Assembly (NCBI GenBank): GCA_965202585.1
Contig: OZ241832.1
Span: 61,380,001-61,444,000 of the forward strand
Reading direction: 5' to 3'
Source: Thalia democratica
Lineage: Eukaryota
Length of the DNA: 64,000 bases
The position numbers and the translations under genes were made by a program. Positions within the stretch are counted from its first letter, which is position 1. Each line of letters begins with the position of its first letter. Positions 49,701-62,608 of this stretch are shown here, piece by piece. The notes under the pieces are model-generated. The model saw only the letters and a program-made list of their open reading frames with translations, made no database searches and was not told the DNA's origin.

Positions 49701-52700
49701 TTATAAAAACACCAAAAGCTTTTCAAAGAAAAAATTAAATCAATAGTTAAAAATATTAATCAACACTCTTGTTTTGACAAGAAAAACGTTATTCATAATA
49801 AATAAGTTGTCGTTGAAACTTTTATTAAAAAGGTATATTACCTTTAAAAAAGTACGTTAGTTCTTAAAAAAAAAAAACTTTAAAGCTCATATTACAAAGT
49901 AAAACTCACTCTGTAAGACAAAATAGGTTAGTTCTTCAAAAACTACTTTATAGCTTATATTACAAAATAAAACTCACTCTAGAAGGCAAAAAAGTTATTA
50001 GTTCTTCAAAAAAAAAAACTCTTGCTATTTAATTTATTTTACATATGTAATAAAACAAACCCAAGAAGTCCGATACTGATGAAGTTAATCCACATCTTAC
50101 CAAGATTTAATGTGGCAGCAAAAACTACGATGAATATCAAAGTTGATACGTATATAACTACAGCAGTTGCTCTGTAAAAAAAAAGAATTATTACTGCGAT
50201 AAATACCAATGTTGATACGTATATAACTACCGCAGTGGCTCTGGAAATAAAAAAAAATATATTCAATTATTGTTACTACGATGAATATCATTGTTGATTA
50301 TATAACTACTGATGTGGCTCAGTAAAAACATATTTAATTAGTATTACAATGAATACCAATTTTGAAACGTATACTACTACTGCGCTTGGTCTGTAGTAAA
50401 AATCGAAACTAGTAATATATGTTTTTTACAATTATAAGTATCAGTGTTGATATATATATTACTACATTGGATGCTCTGTTAAGAAATACAGTAATATTAT
50501 TATAAGTAGCTTAAATTTATATTTAATAAATATTGAAGTTAATATGAATGTTGAGTCTCAAAGTAAGTTAATTCAAATCTCACGAACAATAACTAAATTA
50601 ATGAGACTCGTAAACAGTTTTTTTTTCCTTAAAATTGGTATTCTTAAAAAAAAAGGTTTAATAAGTTTAATCTAACTTTTTAGTGCTATGTTTTACTAAA
50701 TCAACTTTTTTCTATAAAGTAAAACCCAAGTTTTATTTTTAAAGCTGTCCTAACTACAGATTTTTTTGTATCATAACATGTTTTTGTCGCACTAAGCATG
50801 CTGTTGTTATTGTCATCTACTAATTACGTCTATAAATATTGTACAATTAATGTCACTTTCTTACATTAACTAAACTTAATTCAATCGATAGTAAAATTTT
50901 ACGCCAGTTTTCTTACTGAAGCTGTTACAAAATGACTTTTATTAGAAAAAAATCATTTTCTATTCGTTTTAAACAGCTTCCTTTTTTTTTTAAACAAAAA
51001 CAGATCATAAATGTTCCATTAAACAAAGATATTTTTAGAAAAAAACACCACTGAACTCTTTTAAAAACAAGCTTTGCTTTACCTATTTTCAAAAACAATT
51101 AACTTATGTAAAAAATTGTTTTTTTCCGAACTTTTTGAAACAGCCATGATTTTCAGCTACGATTTATTCATTAAATTCTTAACTGTTTGAACCGAGTTGA
51201 ACATGAAGTGAACAAGATATCAGGTTAACCGAGGAACAACTTCTTTATGACGTCATAGCAACAATTCCCTTATGACGTCACAGTAAGCAGATTATGTCTA
51301 TCCACATAAGATCTACCTTTTCGTTTTTGTGACGTAACAAAGATCGATAGAAGGCGATTGATTTCAAAGGGGTCGCCTCAATTATTTATCGAATGAAAAG
51401 TTTGTTCTTTAGATGAAAAAGTTTAACTTTTTGTATAAAGTAGGTTGTCTAAAGTAGGGTAGGTTTTAATTTAAACTTTAAAAATATCAAGTTAAATAAT
51501 CTTAAATTTGATCAATACTTTTCAATTAACCTATACATTTTTAATATCTTGTTATGATCAACTCAAAAACGCTAGTTAAGTGTTAAAATTTTAGTCGGTA
51601 ACTTTTAATGTGATTTTTTGTGTGGTTAGACTTATATTATTTGAAATAATTTTCAAAAACAAATACTTTACAAAATTGATAACTTTGTAATTTTCAACTA
51701 TTTAGCAAAAACTCTTTGTAACTTCGTTTAAAAGCAAATAATAAAGCTTGTGTTTCATTCTTAAGGTGAATTACTTATGTATTGCAAATAAACAGCTTTA
51801 GCCAATATAGTATATAAAAACAGATTTTTTTTGTATCTTTTGCCAGAATAGTTTATGTTATAATACAGTATTTTATAAAAATTTACATAGTTGCTTCAAA
51901 ATCAACCAATGATTAATTAAGTCAAGATTTAGTTATCTAGTAGTTTTGTCTGTTTCACTAAAAGTTAATCAATAACTCTTTTGTGTCAGACTAACTGTGT
52001 GCTTATAAATGACTTTCCATTAAAAGAATAAACCAGCATTTTTTATACGTATAATTAACCTTAGTTAATCTAGAAAATTTAACTTTTCTTTTGTTTTCAA
52101 AATTGTTCAAATCTGCAGGTTAAACACTAAAACTTCGCGGAAAACGTTATACAAGCTTTTGTTTATTATATTATTAAACTTTTTGATAACAACGACACAA
52201 TATATTTGTTATTAACTGAAATCAAAAAGTATATATACAAACAAACATCTATTTTTTTATTCAAATCATAACTGATGTCAACTTTTTTATTTTCTTATAA
52301 TTTTACAAATGTACGTTAATACTAATAACAACAAACTTTAAACTTCAGTTTAGTTACCGCAACACAGACTAATTCATGTATTTAATCTTAGTTATGTATA
52401 AAAACTTTCAATATATTTCTATTTTGCAAACCACTATGTGTTATAACATTTGTTTAGACAAACTTGTAAGCTTTTGTTTTGTCCAGTATCACACCACATA
52501 TAGCTGACCCAAACAGACCAGCGATTACCATGACCAAACCAATAAGTCCGATTGTCGCTTCCACCCCCTGTTGTTACGTAATAATGTTAGAAAATTATAT
52601 GTGACGCAATGATATTAGTATTTTATTACTGTTGTTACGAAATAATGTAATAATAACAACTAGTTTAAAAGTTATGCCCTGATATTTTGTATATTCTAGG

Positions 52701-55700
52701 AATTACAGCAATTGATTATGACTTCATAGTCGTAGCTAAACTTTAGGAATTTAACAAATAAAACTTTAATTTTAGTTTAATCATTTTGAATGCAGACTTT
52801 TTTTTAACTTTTATGTTAACAATTTTTTTGCAAACTTGAATTTTGTTTATACAAAACTTAATGTTCAAAATAATTTAAACTTACATCGACACCTTTAAAG
52901 AACGGCACCATCAATGGATTTAGAAGAGTTCCAATTGCGTAGTATACACCCGTATTAATACCTAAAAAAAATTAATTAAACAATATACACTCGTATTAAT
53001 ACCTAAAGTGAAAAAGTTTCTAACATAAAGCAGTTCTAATAACTGAAATGTAAGCTAAATAAACAGTATACATACACTAGTGTTAATAACTAAAATGAAA
53101 TACATATACAGTATATACACCTGAAATAACGCCTAAAATAAAATTTTGATAAATAATAAACACTCGTATTAATAACTGCAAAAAAAAGTTTAAGTAAGTA
53201 ATAAACACTTGTTTTAATACCTGCAAAAATATAAACATTTCATAACAAAACACTTGTGTCAATTCCGAAAAAAGTAAACCTTTAAGTTAAAAAAATCTGT
53301 ATAAAACTATGTATTAAAAACTAAAAATTATAAGTTATTATTTTTTTTATAATTTCATACTAGGTAACAATATTAAAGAAAAAGCACTGAAGGATTTTTG
53401 ACTTGCCAAATAAATTTAACCTTGTATTCTATTTATAATAAATAGTTTGTCAAGTATTTTACAGTAACATAGTACACTAGTAGTTTATATGGACAAAAGA
53501 AAACAAATTTCTGAGTTAGTTTAGCTTAAAACTGAACTTTTACTTTGCTTTCAAACGTAAAAGCTAAGCTTAAGTAAAAATGTTAAAAATTAAACAGCTC
53601 AAGTTCAAGTTCAGTACAAATTTAGATTAAATGCTGAGGTTTAAAAACGTCAGTACAAGTTTGCTAGAAAAAAAAACTTGTTTGGGTTACGTAAGAGGTT
53701 TTACTTGTAAATTCGATGAGACTAAAAATTTAAAAACAAATTAAACCTTGTACTGAATTTATCCGAAGACTAGTTTAGCCATGCAAAGGCTTTACTTTAA
53801 GCATTTAAAGGTTAAACTAGTACCAAATAAATAAAAGTAGACAATAATGATTAAGCTTTTAAAACAGCTAAATTACATAAAGTATTTCTTTTTTAGTTTT
53901 CAGATTATAATAAGTAACATAAAACAGAAAAAATGAAAATTTGCTAAAGAAATTTGATATAGTATCGAAAATGAGCTTTATCCGAAAAAATCTGTTGGAA
54001 TGAGAACAAAAAATCCGCGAAAAACTAAAAAGCGACAAAGTTGGTCTTTTCGCTTTCTTCCGCGCATTTGTACCAGCGCCAATTTTTCCGCAGGTTGGAA
54101 AAAGACAAATCGTTGTTGGTGGCAAAATGCGCTTTATTACGTCATAAGGGAACGCACATGCTCAATTTCACACACAATTTGTCGCAGTAGAATAAAAGCA
54201 AACAAAGTGTTGTTTTGATGATCAGTAAACAAACTTGTTTTTTTTTAATTTTTTTTTTACATTTGTGTTATCTTGTTGTATGATTAATATGTTTGCTTAA
54301 TTAATTTACTTAACTTGTGTGCATAGTTTTGTTTTTTTGTTTTTTTTAAACCTTTGTGTTATAAGAATTAATCAAATTACTAAATCTATATTGTAACTTT
54401 TATGTAAAATTCACTTAAAATTTTATGTACTTTTTATGTTGTGGAAAAATTTTATATTATGAAGTTCTATTAAAGCAACACGTACATTCAGTAAGTTTTA
54501 TTTCTTTTATAATTTGCAGACTATTTTTCATGATTAATAATTTTTTCCGAAATATTAACATAAAAATTGTAGTTACTGCTGAACACTAGTAGCTTTATGT
54601 GTGCTTTATTAGGTTTTTATTTTAAAATTCGTCAAGTTTATAAGCAAGTTTTTGTAATTTCATATTTCTTCATATTATAACTAATATTTGCTAAAAAATC
54701 TACTTTAAATGTTTGCACAGTTATTAATAAACAAAGTGTTTATCGAAGTTTTCTTTTGTGAAATTTTCAAGGTTGTTTAACTGATATGAACTGAGTTTAG
54801 ATAAGCAACACAAGTACAAAGTTCGAATATACGAAACACTATTTTATTTGTTTGATTGTTATGATTCTAACACAGCTTAACGCAATTGAAAATAAAAATT
54901 TTCTTTAGGCAGAAGATTATTATTAAGTTTTCTAATTTGTTTCAACAACTATGACATACGTTAAAAGTATTAGTAAACATAAAAATTGGTAAACTGAAAG
55001 TCCGTTTAGCTCAACTATTCAACAAATAAGTATATTGTATATAAATATTACTTCATAATACAAACTTGTAAGTGGCGTAGATACACATTCAGTGTTAAAT
55101 TTTGCTAATAAAACAGAATATTTAATTCTACAAAATGAACAACAAATTTAACCTATGAATAATTTTTAAGTTTTAATTACTAAATTGGAATATTATAGCA
55201 TTCAAAGAATGTTCTAGTAGCACTTGAAGAATGTTATGATGCTCACTCTAGGACTTTCAAAAATAGAATTAAAAAAAAACACCTAAACTTGATTAAAAAC
55301 ATTATGCTTTGTATCCTGATATTATTATCTTTGAGTATTTAGGTAAAATGTTTGCGCTTTTTTACGCAGATTTTCATATACATAGTATAATTTAGCTTAC
55401 GTTTACTAGTAAGCAAACTAATAACCAATTTCAAAGTTCCACTTTAAAAAAGATAGTCATATATTAAATCTGAATAAATACTAATCATATTTATATCGAG
55501 TTGTCCGTTAAAAAAAACTTTAATTCTATTAAAATTTTCCTTTAACAAAATACAAAATGAATTAGTATTTATCAAATTTGTGTTCAGAAAACAACGTTAA
55601 TTTAAAAACAAGTTAAAAACCACCCACCATACGACAGGAAGAGAAGCACGAACGGAAAGTCGGTCAGCAGACTTCTTAGTGAGGATAAATAGTCTCCGAA

Positions 55701-58700
55701 AGGGGATTCCCCTCCTTTCTCCTCCTCCAACAACGTCTTGGACCTCGCCCTGGCCTTGGAGGGAGGGTGAGCCGGTTCGTCGGATATAACTTAAAAATAA
55801 AATTGAATTATTTTTTTTTTACCAGAGTATTTAATTTTCAAAACAAAATGGTTATTTGTTATTTTTTACTATTTATTATTAGACCATTATTTTGTCTTGG
55901 AGGGCAAGTGAAGAGGTTCGTCGGATATTTGATAATTTAAAAAAAATCCAAAAAATAAATAAAACATTAAAAGCATATATATTTATATAACACAAGGTTA
56001 AACAAAGTACACAAAAGATTATCTGTCTGTTTCGACTAGTAATTTTCCTTTTTGAAATTAACCCAACATGAATTGCTGAGAAGTTTTTTTTATGTTTGAG
56101 CACCACAGTATCCTGGTTTTGTAATATAAACGCTAATTATACATTAGAATATATAAGTTATACACTAATCAAGTTGGGCAAGTATACGTTTGTAGGAATG
56201 GTAGAGTAAAAATCTTAAGTTCTTAGTTAAGTAAGTTAATATAAATCAAGATAAAATCTTTGTGTTGTAAGCACATTTTAGATTTAGCATTATGAGGTTT
56301 TTTTTGTTTAAACAGTTAAAAGCTAACTAGACCATATTTATTAAAACTGATAATTCTGTTTATTTTTACATTTTAATCCAAGTAATAAGTGAACTATGAT
56401 AATTAAGCTTTGCTATGTATTAGAATAAAAATAATAAAAAAAATGTATATCTTTATAAACTGCTGTTTCGTCAATTATATAAAACTTATTAGCAATATAG
56501 TGATTAAATTGTTCTTTGTTTTGAAAAAAAATGTAAAAGAAAAACATTTTCCAAACTTGCTTATTTAGTTATATTAACGAGTTTTAAATCATTTTTTTTG
56601 ACTCCATTTTAAAAAATATGAGTGGATTCAACTTTGCACACATTTATAAAAATCTGCAAGTTGTTTTAACCTATTGATGTTATTTTGTAAGTCAAAGTTA
56701 GTCTGGATCACATTCAAATTGCCAGACTAAAAATGTCAATAAATGTTTCGTAATTTTTTGTCGAATTAAAATATCGAACAATGAACCAATAAAAAATAAA
56801 ACCAATAATTTTAATGACCTTGAAATCTATAAAGATGAAAGATATACAGGTCAACTTCAAAATATGGATTAGTACAGTTCTAACCTGCTGCTTTTATACA
56901 ATATTTGAAGTCTCTACTTGAGAAAAAAGTTTATGAGCATTAAAGTTTAATAAGTTTAAGTGTTTTTGACATAAAACTTCAGATTGCATCATTTTAACAT
57001 AACGTACTTAGATTTTGAAATATTTTTTAAAAAGCTAAAATTTGTGCTATAATAATCATATCACCAGATAAATAAAATAAACAGAACAAGTACACATAAA
57101 TTTTGTTAACATTTTTTAATTAAGATTTTTAAATATAATTAATAAATGCTGACGTAAAATTATTTCAAAAGTTACGAAAGCAAAGAAGCTACCCTTAGAA
57201 AATTATAAATCATACAATTAAAGAAAAACTAACCAAACACCACCATAATATCATAAAATATACAAACAATTATATCAATTGTAAAACTAATCTAATATAA
57301 TCATGAAAGCCACAAAAACACAAATAATTATTTTTATTCCAAAAATAATCTAAAATGTTCATAATTGAAAATAGCGACATAAAAGGCACGTATACACAAA
57401 TAACTACCTAAAATGATCATAACAGTCACAAAAACACAAGTATTTATTAATATTTTAAAACTAACCTAAAATAATAATCGAATCCACAGATAATTTTCAC
57501 TATGCTAATACTAACTTAGAAAAATCATGAAATCCACAGATAATTTTATTTATATTTTAAATTTAACCTAATATGGTCTCAAAGAAAGTTTTATGGATAG
57601 TAAATTTTTGATTAACAGTCAAAAGCTAACTAAATTTTTCATCACAGCTTTTTCTGACTTGTTTTTTTACTTTTTAGTGTAAGTAATAAGTAAATGTACA
57701 AGTTCAGCTTTGATTTGTATTTTAGTAAATACAACACAATAAAATGTATCTAAGTAAACTGTAGCTTGTTAATTGTTTAAAACTTATTAGTAAGTTAGTG
57801 ATTAAACTGCTTTTTGTTTTAAAAAATGTAAAAGATCTATATTTATAAACTTGCTTGTTAAGTTATACTAATGAGGTCCACCTCAGAAAAGTTTGACAAA
57901 TTTTCAAAAAACTTTAAAAGATATATTTTCTAAGTAGTATTTTACACAATAGAAATGAATTTTACTTCAAAAAAGTGATTAATAAATTACTTTAAATTAA
58001 ACTTTGCACACATTTATAAAAAGCTGCAAGTTGTTTTAACCTATTGATAATTTTTTGTGAGTCAAAGTTAGTCTGGATCACTTTCAAGTTGCCAGACTAA
58101 AAATGTCAATAAAAATTTCGTGAACAGAATTATTTGTCGAATTAAAATATCGAACATTAAAGAGGCAATAAGGAAAACCAATAATTCAATTGACCTTAAA
58201 GTTTGAATCGTTTATTTATACAGGTTAGTTTCGACTTATAGGTTAACATAAATGAAACACTTTTATTCTACAGTTAAATTTCACAAAAAAAAAACTTTTT
58301 AGCCATGCTTTTTTTCATAGAATGATTAACATACGTATTTAAAGCTGTTAGTTTAAAAATTATTTTCAAAGTTATAGATAGTAACTAAAATCAATTTTTT
58401 ACTGACAATTTTAAGTTAGTACCTTTTTTTTACTGGTTTAGTACAGACTTCAAAAGTTAAAATAAGACTTATTAAAAAGTAATTTAAACCAGGCTAACAA
58501 ATATATAAACATTATTGAAAAGACTACACATAAAACATCATTTATGGTAAACATGAAAACTCAATAAGATTCTTAACAAAAAGTGAAACTCCGGTTTCAT
58601 TCAAACTTTTAACTTGTCTGCTTTGGTAAATGTAAACCAGTGCATTAGTAGTAGCGAAGTGAATAAAATCACTGAGTTTTTGATAAGAAAACTTAAGCAA

Positions 58701-61700
58701 ATAGTGATACTTGTATTCCAGTAAAAGATTGAGGCTTAAGCTGACGCGAACAAGCTTTAATATTTAAAGCCTTTTTTATAACACCTTCACTTATTATTTT
58801 TGAACTGTTTTTTTTATATAGGTATTGAAATTGACAACTTTTTTACCAGTTTGAGGTCGTATTCAAACCGAGAGTTAAAAACAAAGCCTAACTCACTTCT
58901 AGACTTATAAAAGGATACAAACTAACAATTCAAAATACATAGGGTATGTAGTTATATGACTTCAACTATTACTATAGAAAGTATAAATAGACCTAAAACG
59001 ATATACAAAATCATAAGGTTAAAAAGAAATTACTTATCACTCTAAACTAAAAAGCATCATATAAGTTACAAATACACACACGCTAACCTAAAACGTAATT
59101 AAAGTTACAAAAAAAACCGAAAAATCTAAAATTTCCAAATTAACAATTAATCATGAAAAACTTAAAAACCACAAATAAATATCAATATTAAAAAAAAAAC
59201 TAAAATGATCATAACAGTCACAAAACACAAACAACAGTTAATATTTTAAAACAAACCTAAGTTGTTCATGAAAGTCACAAATCATAAGTAGTTATTAATT
59301 TTTTGAAACAAACCTAATAACATCATAATAGTCACAAAAACAAAAATAACTTTCAAAATTTTAAAGCCAGCCTAAAATGATCGTGATTTTGAAAAAGCAC
59401 AAATAATTACTAATATTTGAAAACTAACCAAGTATTATCATGATAGTAGCAAAGACAAAAATAACTTTTTAAATTTTATAGCAAACCTGAAATGATCATG
59501 AATGTGAAACAACACAAATAATTACTAATATTTGAAAAACTAACCTAGTATTATCATGATAGTAACAAAGACACAGATTGAGGCCGACATCCAGAACAAG
59601 CTCCTCAGACCAGTTTCAACCAAGACATCTTCTTCCAATTTGGCTGTTTCGTTCAACACCTGTGTGAGTTTTGTAAATTCACATAAATTATGTATATGAA
59701 AGTTCAATGTAAACATTTTTTCTCTAGTTTTGCTGTTTTAATAAACACTAGTTCAATTAAAGCACCGTTCAAGACAAAGAAAAAAAATGCAGGTTTATTG
59801 GTACTGAATGTATATTTTTATCTGTTTTAATTTAGTCGAAGAGTTATAGGTTAAACTAGATCGCTTTGAGCGATAATTTATTTAGTTACCTGTTTTTGTC
59901 TCACACCTGTTTAATTTTATAAATTTATACTAGTTAAAAAGCACATGGTAGTTTTCTGTTAATAAGAACTGTTTGAACTTTAACGCATTTGGAATATCTT
60001 TTAGTATGATTAACATTGCAGTACTTACTGTTTACATCCATTTTGCTAGTTGAATAACATTTTAAAATTTTAGAGAAGATAATTACAAGTATCATCTCAA
60101 GGGGGTTTAATTAAAATCGCCCAAAAGGGACGATGTCGTTTCTTTTCGGTTTATATTAAACTTTTCTTATCATCGGACTAAAAAGTAAAAAATTAATAAT
60201 GAAATAAACCCAAGTAGTTAAGCTAGTTCTTTGGTTGAAAACATGATTGTAAAATTAGCTGAATGAAGACAATATAATGTTTATCACTTTTTAAATACAA
60301 CAACATCTGACCTTAGTTGTTATATTAGCTTTTTGGTTAAATACTTATTCTAGTTGTAAAATAAACTAACTAAAAAAAGTTCGGTAAAAAAAAATCTTTA
60401 ATAAATACTACGACCCATAACAAACCTTGTGTAGTTGTGATAGTTTTTCGTTGAAAACTTGTTTAGTGTTATTGTTGTACCGTAAAAAATATAGTAAAAA
60501 TAATACATACTGATAACCTACAAAATTTCGAACAAATTTATTTTCATTGTTTTACTTCTTACCAGAGTAGTTTCATTAGCTGTCTCGTTAACAACTTGAT
60601 TGTAGATGTTGCTCGAGTAAGAAGGGACCATTAGTGGGGGTATAAGGAATCCGAAAGCGACACCTAGCTGTTAAATTATATTTCATAATAATAGGTTTAT
60701 ACAAGAAAGTTGGGGTAGAGGTTGTGAAATTACTGTTAACGTGTTATAATTTTGAGATTTACTTAAGATGCATTTTCGAGGTTAAATAAATAAAGATTGA
60801 TGAAAAATGAGTTTTTATTTAGCTGTTGTATAAATGAATACTTCATATATCAGAATTATAAATTTAAAAAAGTCAAATTGTAAAACTCTAAAACATATTT
60901 TTTTTAAACTCTAAATTACCCTATACTTAGCCAAACTTAAATTAATAACTTTTATATCGAACTAAATATATTGGTTTCTGAGCTTCAATTTAAATTTTCA
61001 AAAACATCCAGTTTTTGGTTCATATCAAAACATATCTCCTAAACCGTAAACTTTAATGTATTTTTTTTTAACAAACTCACCTGATTACCGAATACGCCGA
61101 TGGAGGTCGCTGTTGAGACTTTGGACGACTCGAACCACAGCGATGCGATTTTGGCGGGAATTTCTAATATGAAGGATTGGGCGCACGCTGCTACAGTCTG
61201 ACCTGGAAGTAATATGTTGTATGTAGTAAAAAAAAAATTTATCAAGACTCGGAATTTCTAATGTGATAGTTGGATGGAAGCCGATATGGTCTGGTCTGAA
61301 GTAAATGCTTTTTTTTGCTTTGTTATGTTACGCATTATTATGCTGATTGTGACTTAAAAATAAAGCTATCTAAACACTAGTTTGTTTTTAAAGGTAAGCG
61401 CTTTATTATCAAAAATAGATATCTTTTTACATAAAAATCATAAGCAAACTTTTTTTTTTCTAAAAACAACTTTACAACACTCCAAATTAAATTTAGCAAA
61501 CTGCTTAATATTAGACTCATTATCAAACAAATAATTACTAACAATCCGCTTAGCAGCAAGGTTTAAGGTAAAAAACACAAACTCACCGATGAAAGAGATA
61601 TAGAAGCTATCTGGATGAACTGAGAACAGCTTTATGACGCTCCCAGCACTGTTAAGCAAGCTCCCTATTATGAGACACTTTCTCAACCCGTACGTATCAA

Positions 61701-62608
61701 GAACCCAGGTCGCCACAAACATCAGGGGTATGTAGGTTGCCATGTACAACATTGAAGTCCACGAAATAGCATTTACTGGAGTTTATTTAACAATATTTAG
61801 AGTTTCTTAAATTTAAAAATATTCAACTACTTAAAAACTAGTATTTACAGAATAATTTAACTGAAGTTTGTATTTTTATATTTAAAAAATATACATATAT
61901 ATATACGTAATACAATAAATAGTCTTATTTATCAGAAAGTTAAACCACCATCTGTGAAGTTCATTTGTTTTAACAGTAAAATAAATTAATATACATATTA
62001 AATAAGTTTTGTTATAAGATTAATTTTAATAAAACCTGTAGTTGACCAGTACATAGTTACTACTGATGTTAGGATGGAGTATTCGATCCACTGAAATGCA
62101 GAAGACATTGAGTATAAGCAGAAGATGCCCAATACGAGCCACCTGGTTGGAAAATATTTTTATTTAGTGTACATACTTTTTAAAATTATCTCAATTTATT
62201 ATGAATTATTGCTTTAGTTTAGAAAGTTTGTTAAGGTAAAATTTAGATTATAACATTTATCGTAAATTTTTTGTAACAGTATTTAAAATAAAGCATCGAA
62301 TCAAAGCTTTTTATCATGTTTTTTTTTTGGTTATACAAAAATTTAAGCTTTTACATTAGAAACAAATAGCAAAACGAAAAAAATAAAACGTAGAACACTT
62401 TGCAGAATTACAACAAATAAAACCTTTTGCCGTAAACTTGTATCGTCTCCCCTTCAGCGTCGTCACTTTTCTCGTTGCCAGGCAACAGCTTGTCGTCATC
62501 GTTCATGCTCTTTTCCTTTGTGACGTCACTGTTTTCTTTGGTGACGTCACTCATCCTCTTGAGCTTGTTCGAACCCTCCTCTATCATCTTTGTTACGTCA
62601 GAATCCAT
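46720..62608 (-). CDS. FLVCR: FLVCR-family (SLC49) major facilitator transporter (heme/choline/ethanolamine transporter family), 13 coding exons, about 543 aa
   Basis: Exons: 62424-62608, 62036-62142, 61587-61775, 61081-61202, 60563-60667, 59545-59659, 55628-55789, 52885-52961, 52464-52567, 50061-50171, 48772-48877, 48077-48229, 46720-46815. All are GT-AG, phases are consistent and the total is 1632 nt. Motifs: [115 protein letters not shown]. The last exon (46720-46815) is less certain, because read-through of exon 12 would stop at 48059 instead. Confidence 0.95.
50175..50485. repeat. Four degenerate copies (period about 70-85 bp) of the FLVCR exon 10 acceptor plus 5' end
   Basis: The motif GTTGATACGTATATAACTAC.GCAGT.GCTCTG recurs with increasing divergence away from the exon. 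Confidence 0.9.
51240..51340. promoter_or_regulatory. Cluster of CRE/ATF-type sites in FLVCR intron 9
   Basis: TGACGTCA at 51248 and 51273 and TGACGTAA at 51330, all within 90 bp. Function is not shown. Confidence 0.3.
52965..53262. repeat. About 5-6 degenerate copies of the FLVCR exon 8 acceptor plus 5' end
   Basis: An ATACACTCGTATTAATACCTAAA-like motif recurs at roughly 45-80 bp spacing upstream of the exon start at 52961. Confidence 0.8.
56570..58230. repeat. Intronic direct duplication (56570-56900 vs 57845-58230, offset about 1.3-1.4 kb)
   Basis: Shared blocks such as GTCAAAGTTAGTCTGGATCAC and GCCAGACTAAAAATGTCAATAAA. Confidence 0.85.
59195..59544. repeat. Degenerate array (period about 57 bp) of the FLVCR exon 6 3' end plus donor; related cluster at 57225-57580
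   Basis: The AACCTA(A/G)..T.ATCATGA....CACAAA motif repeats up to the real junction AACCTAGTATTATCATGATAGTAACAAAGACAC at 59542. Confidence 0.8.

Noticed and set aside
10389-62608. Alternative genetic code or non-canonical intron ends
   Set aside because: All 32 reconstructed introns are GT-AG, and all three proteins translate cleanly with the standard code.
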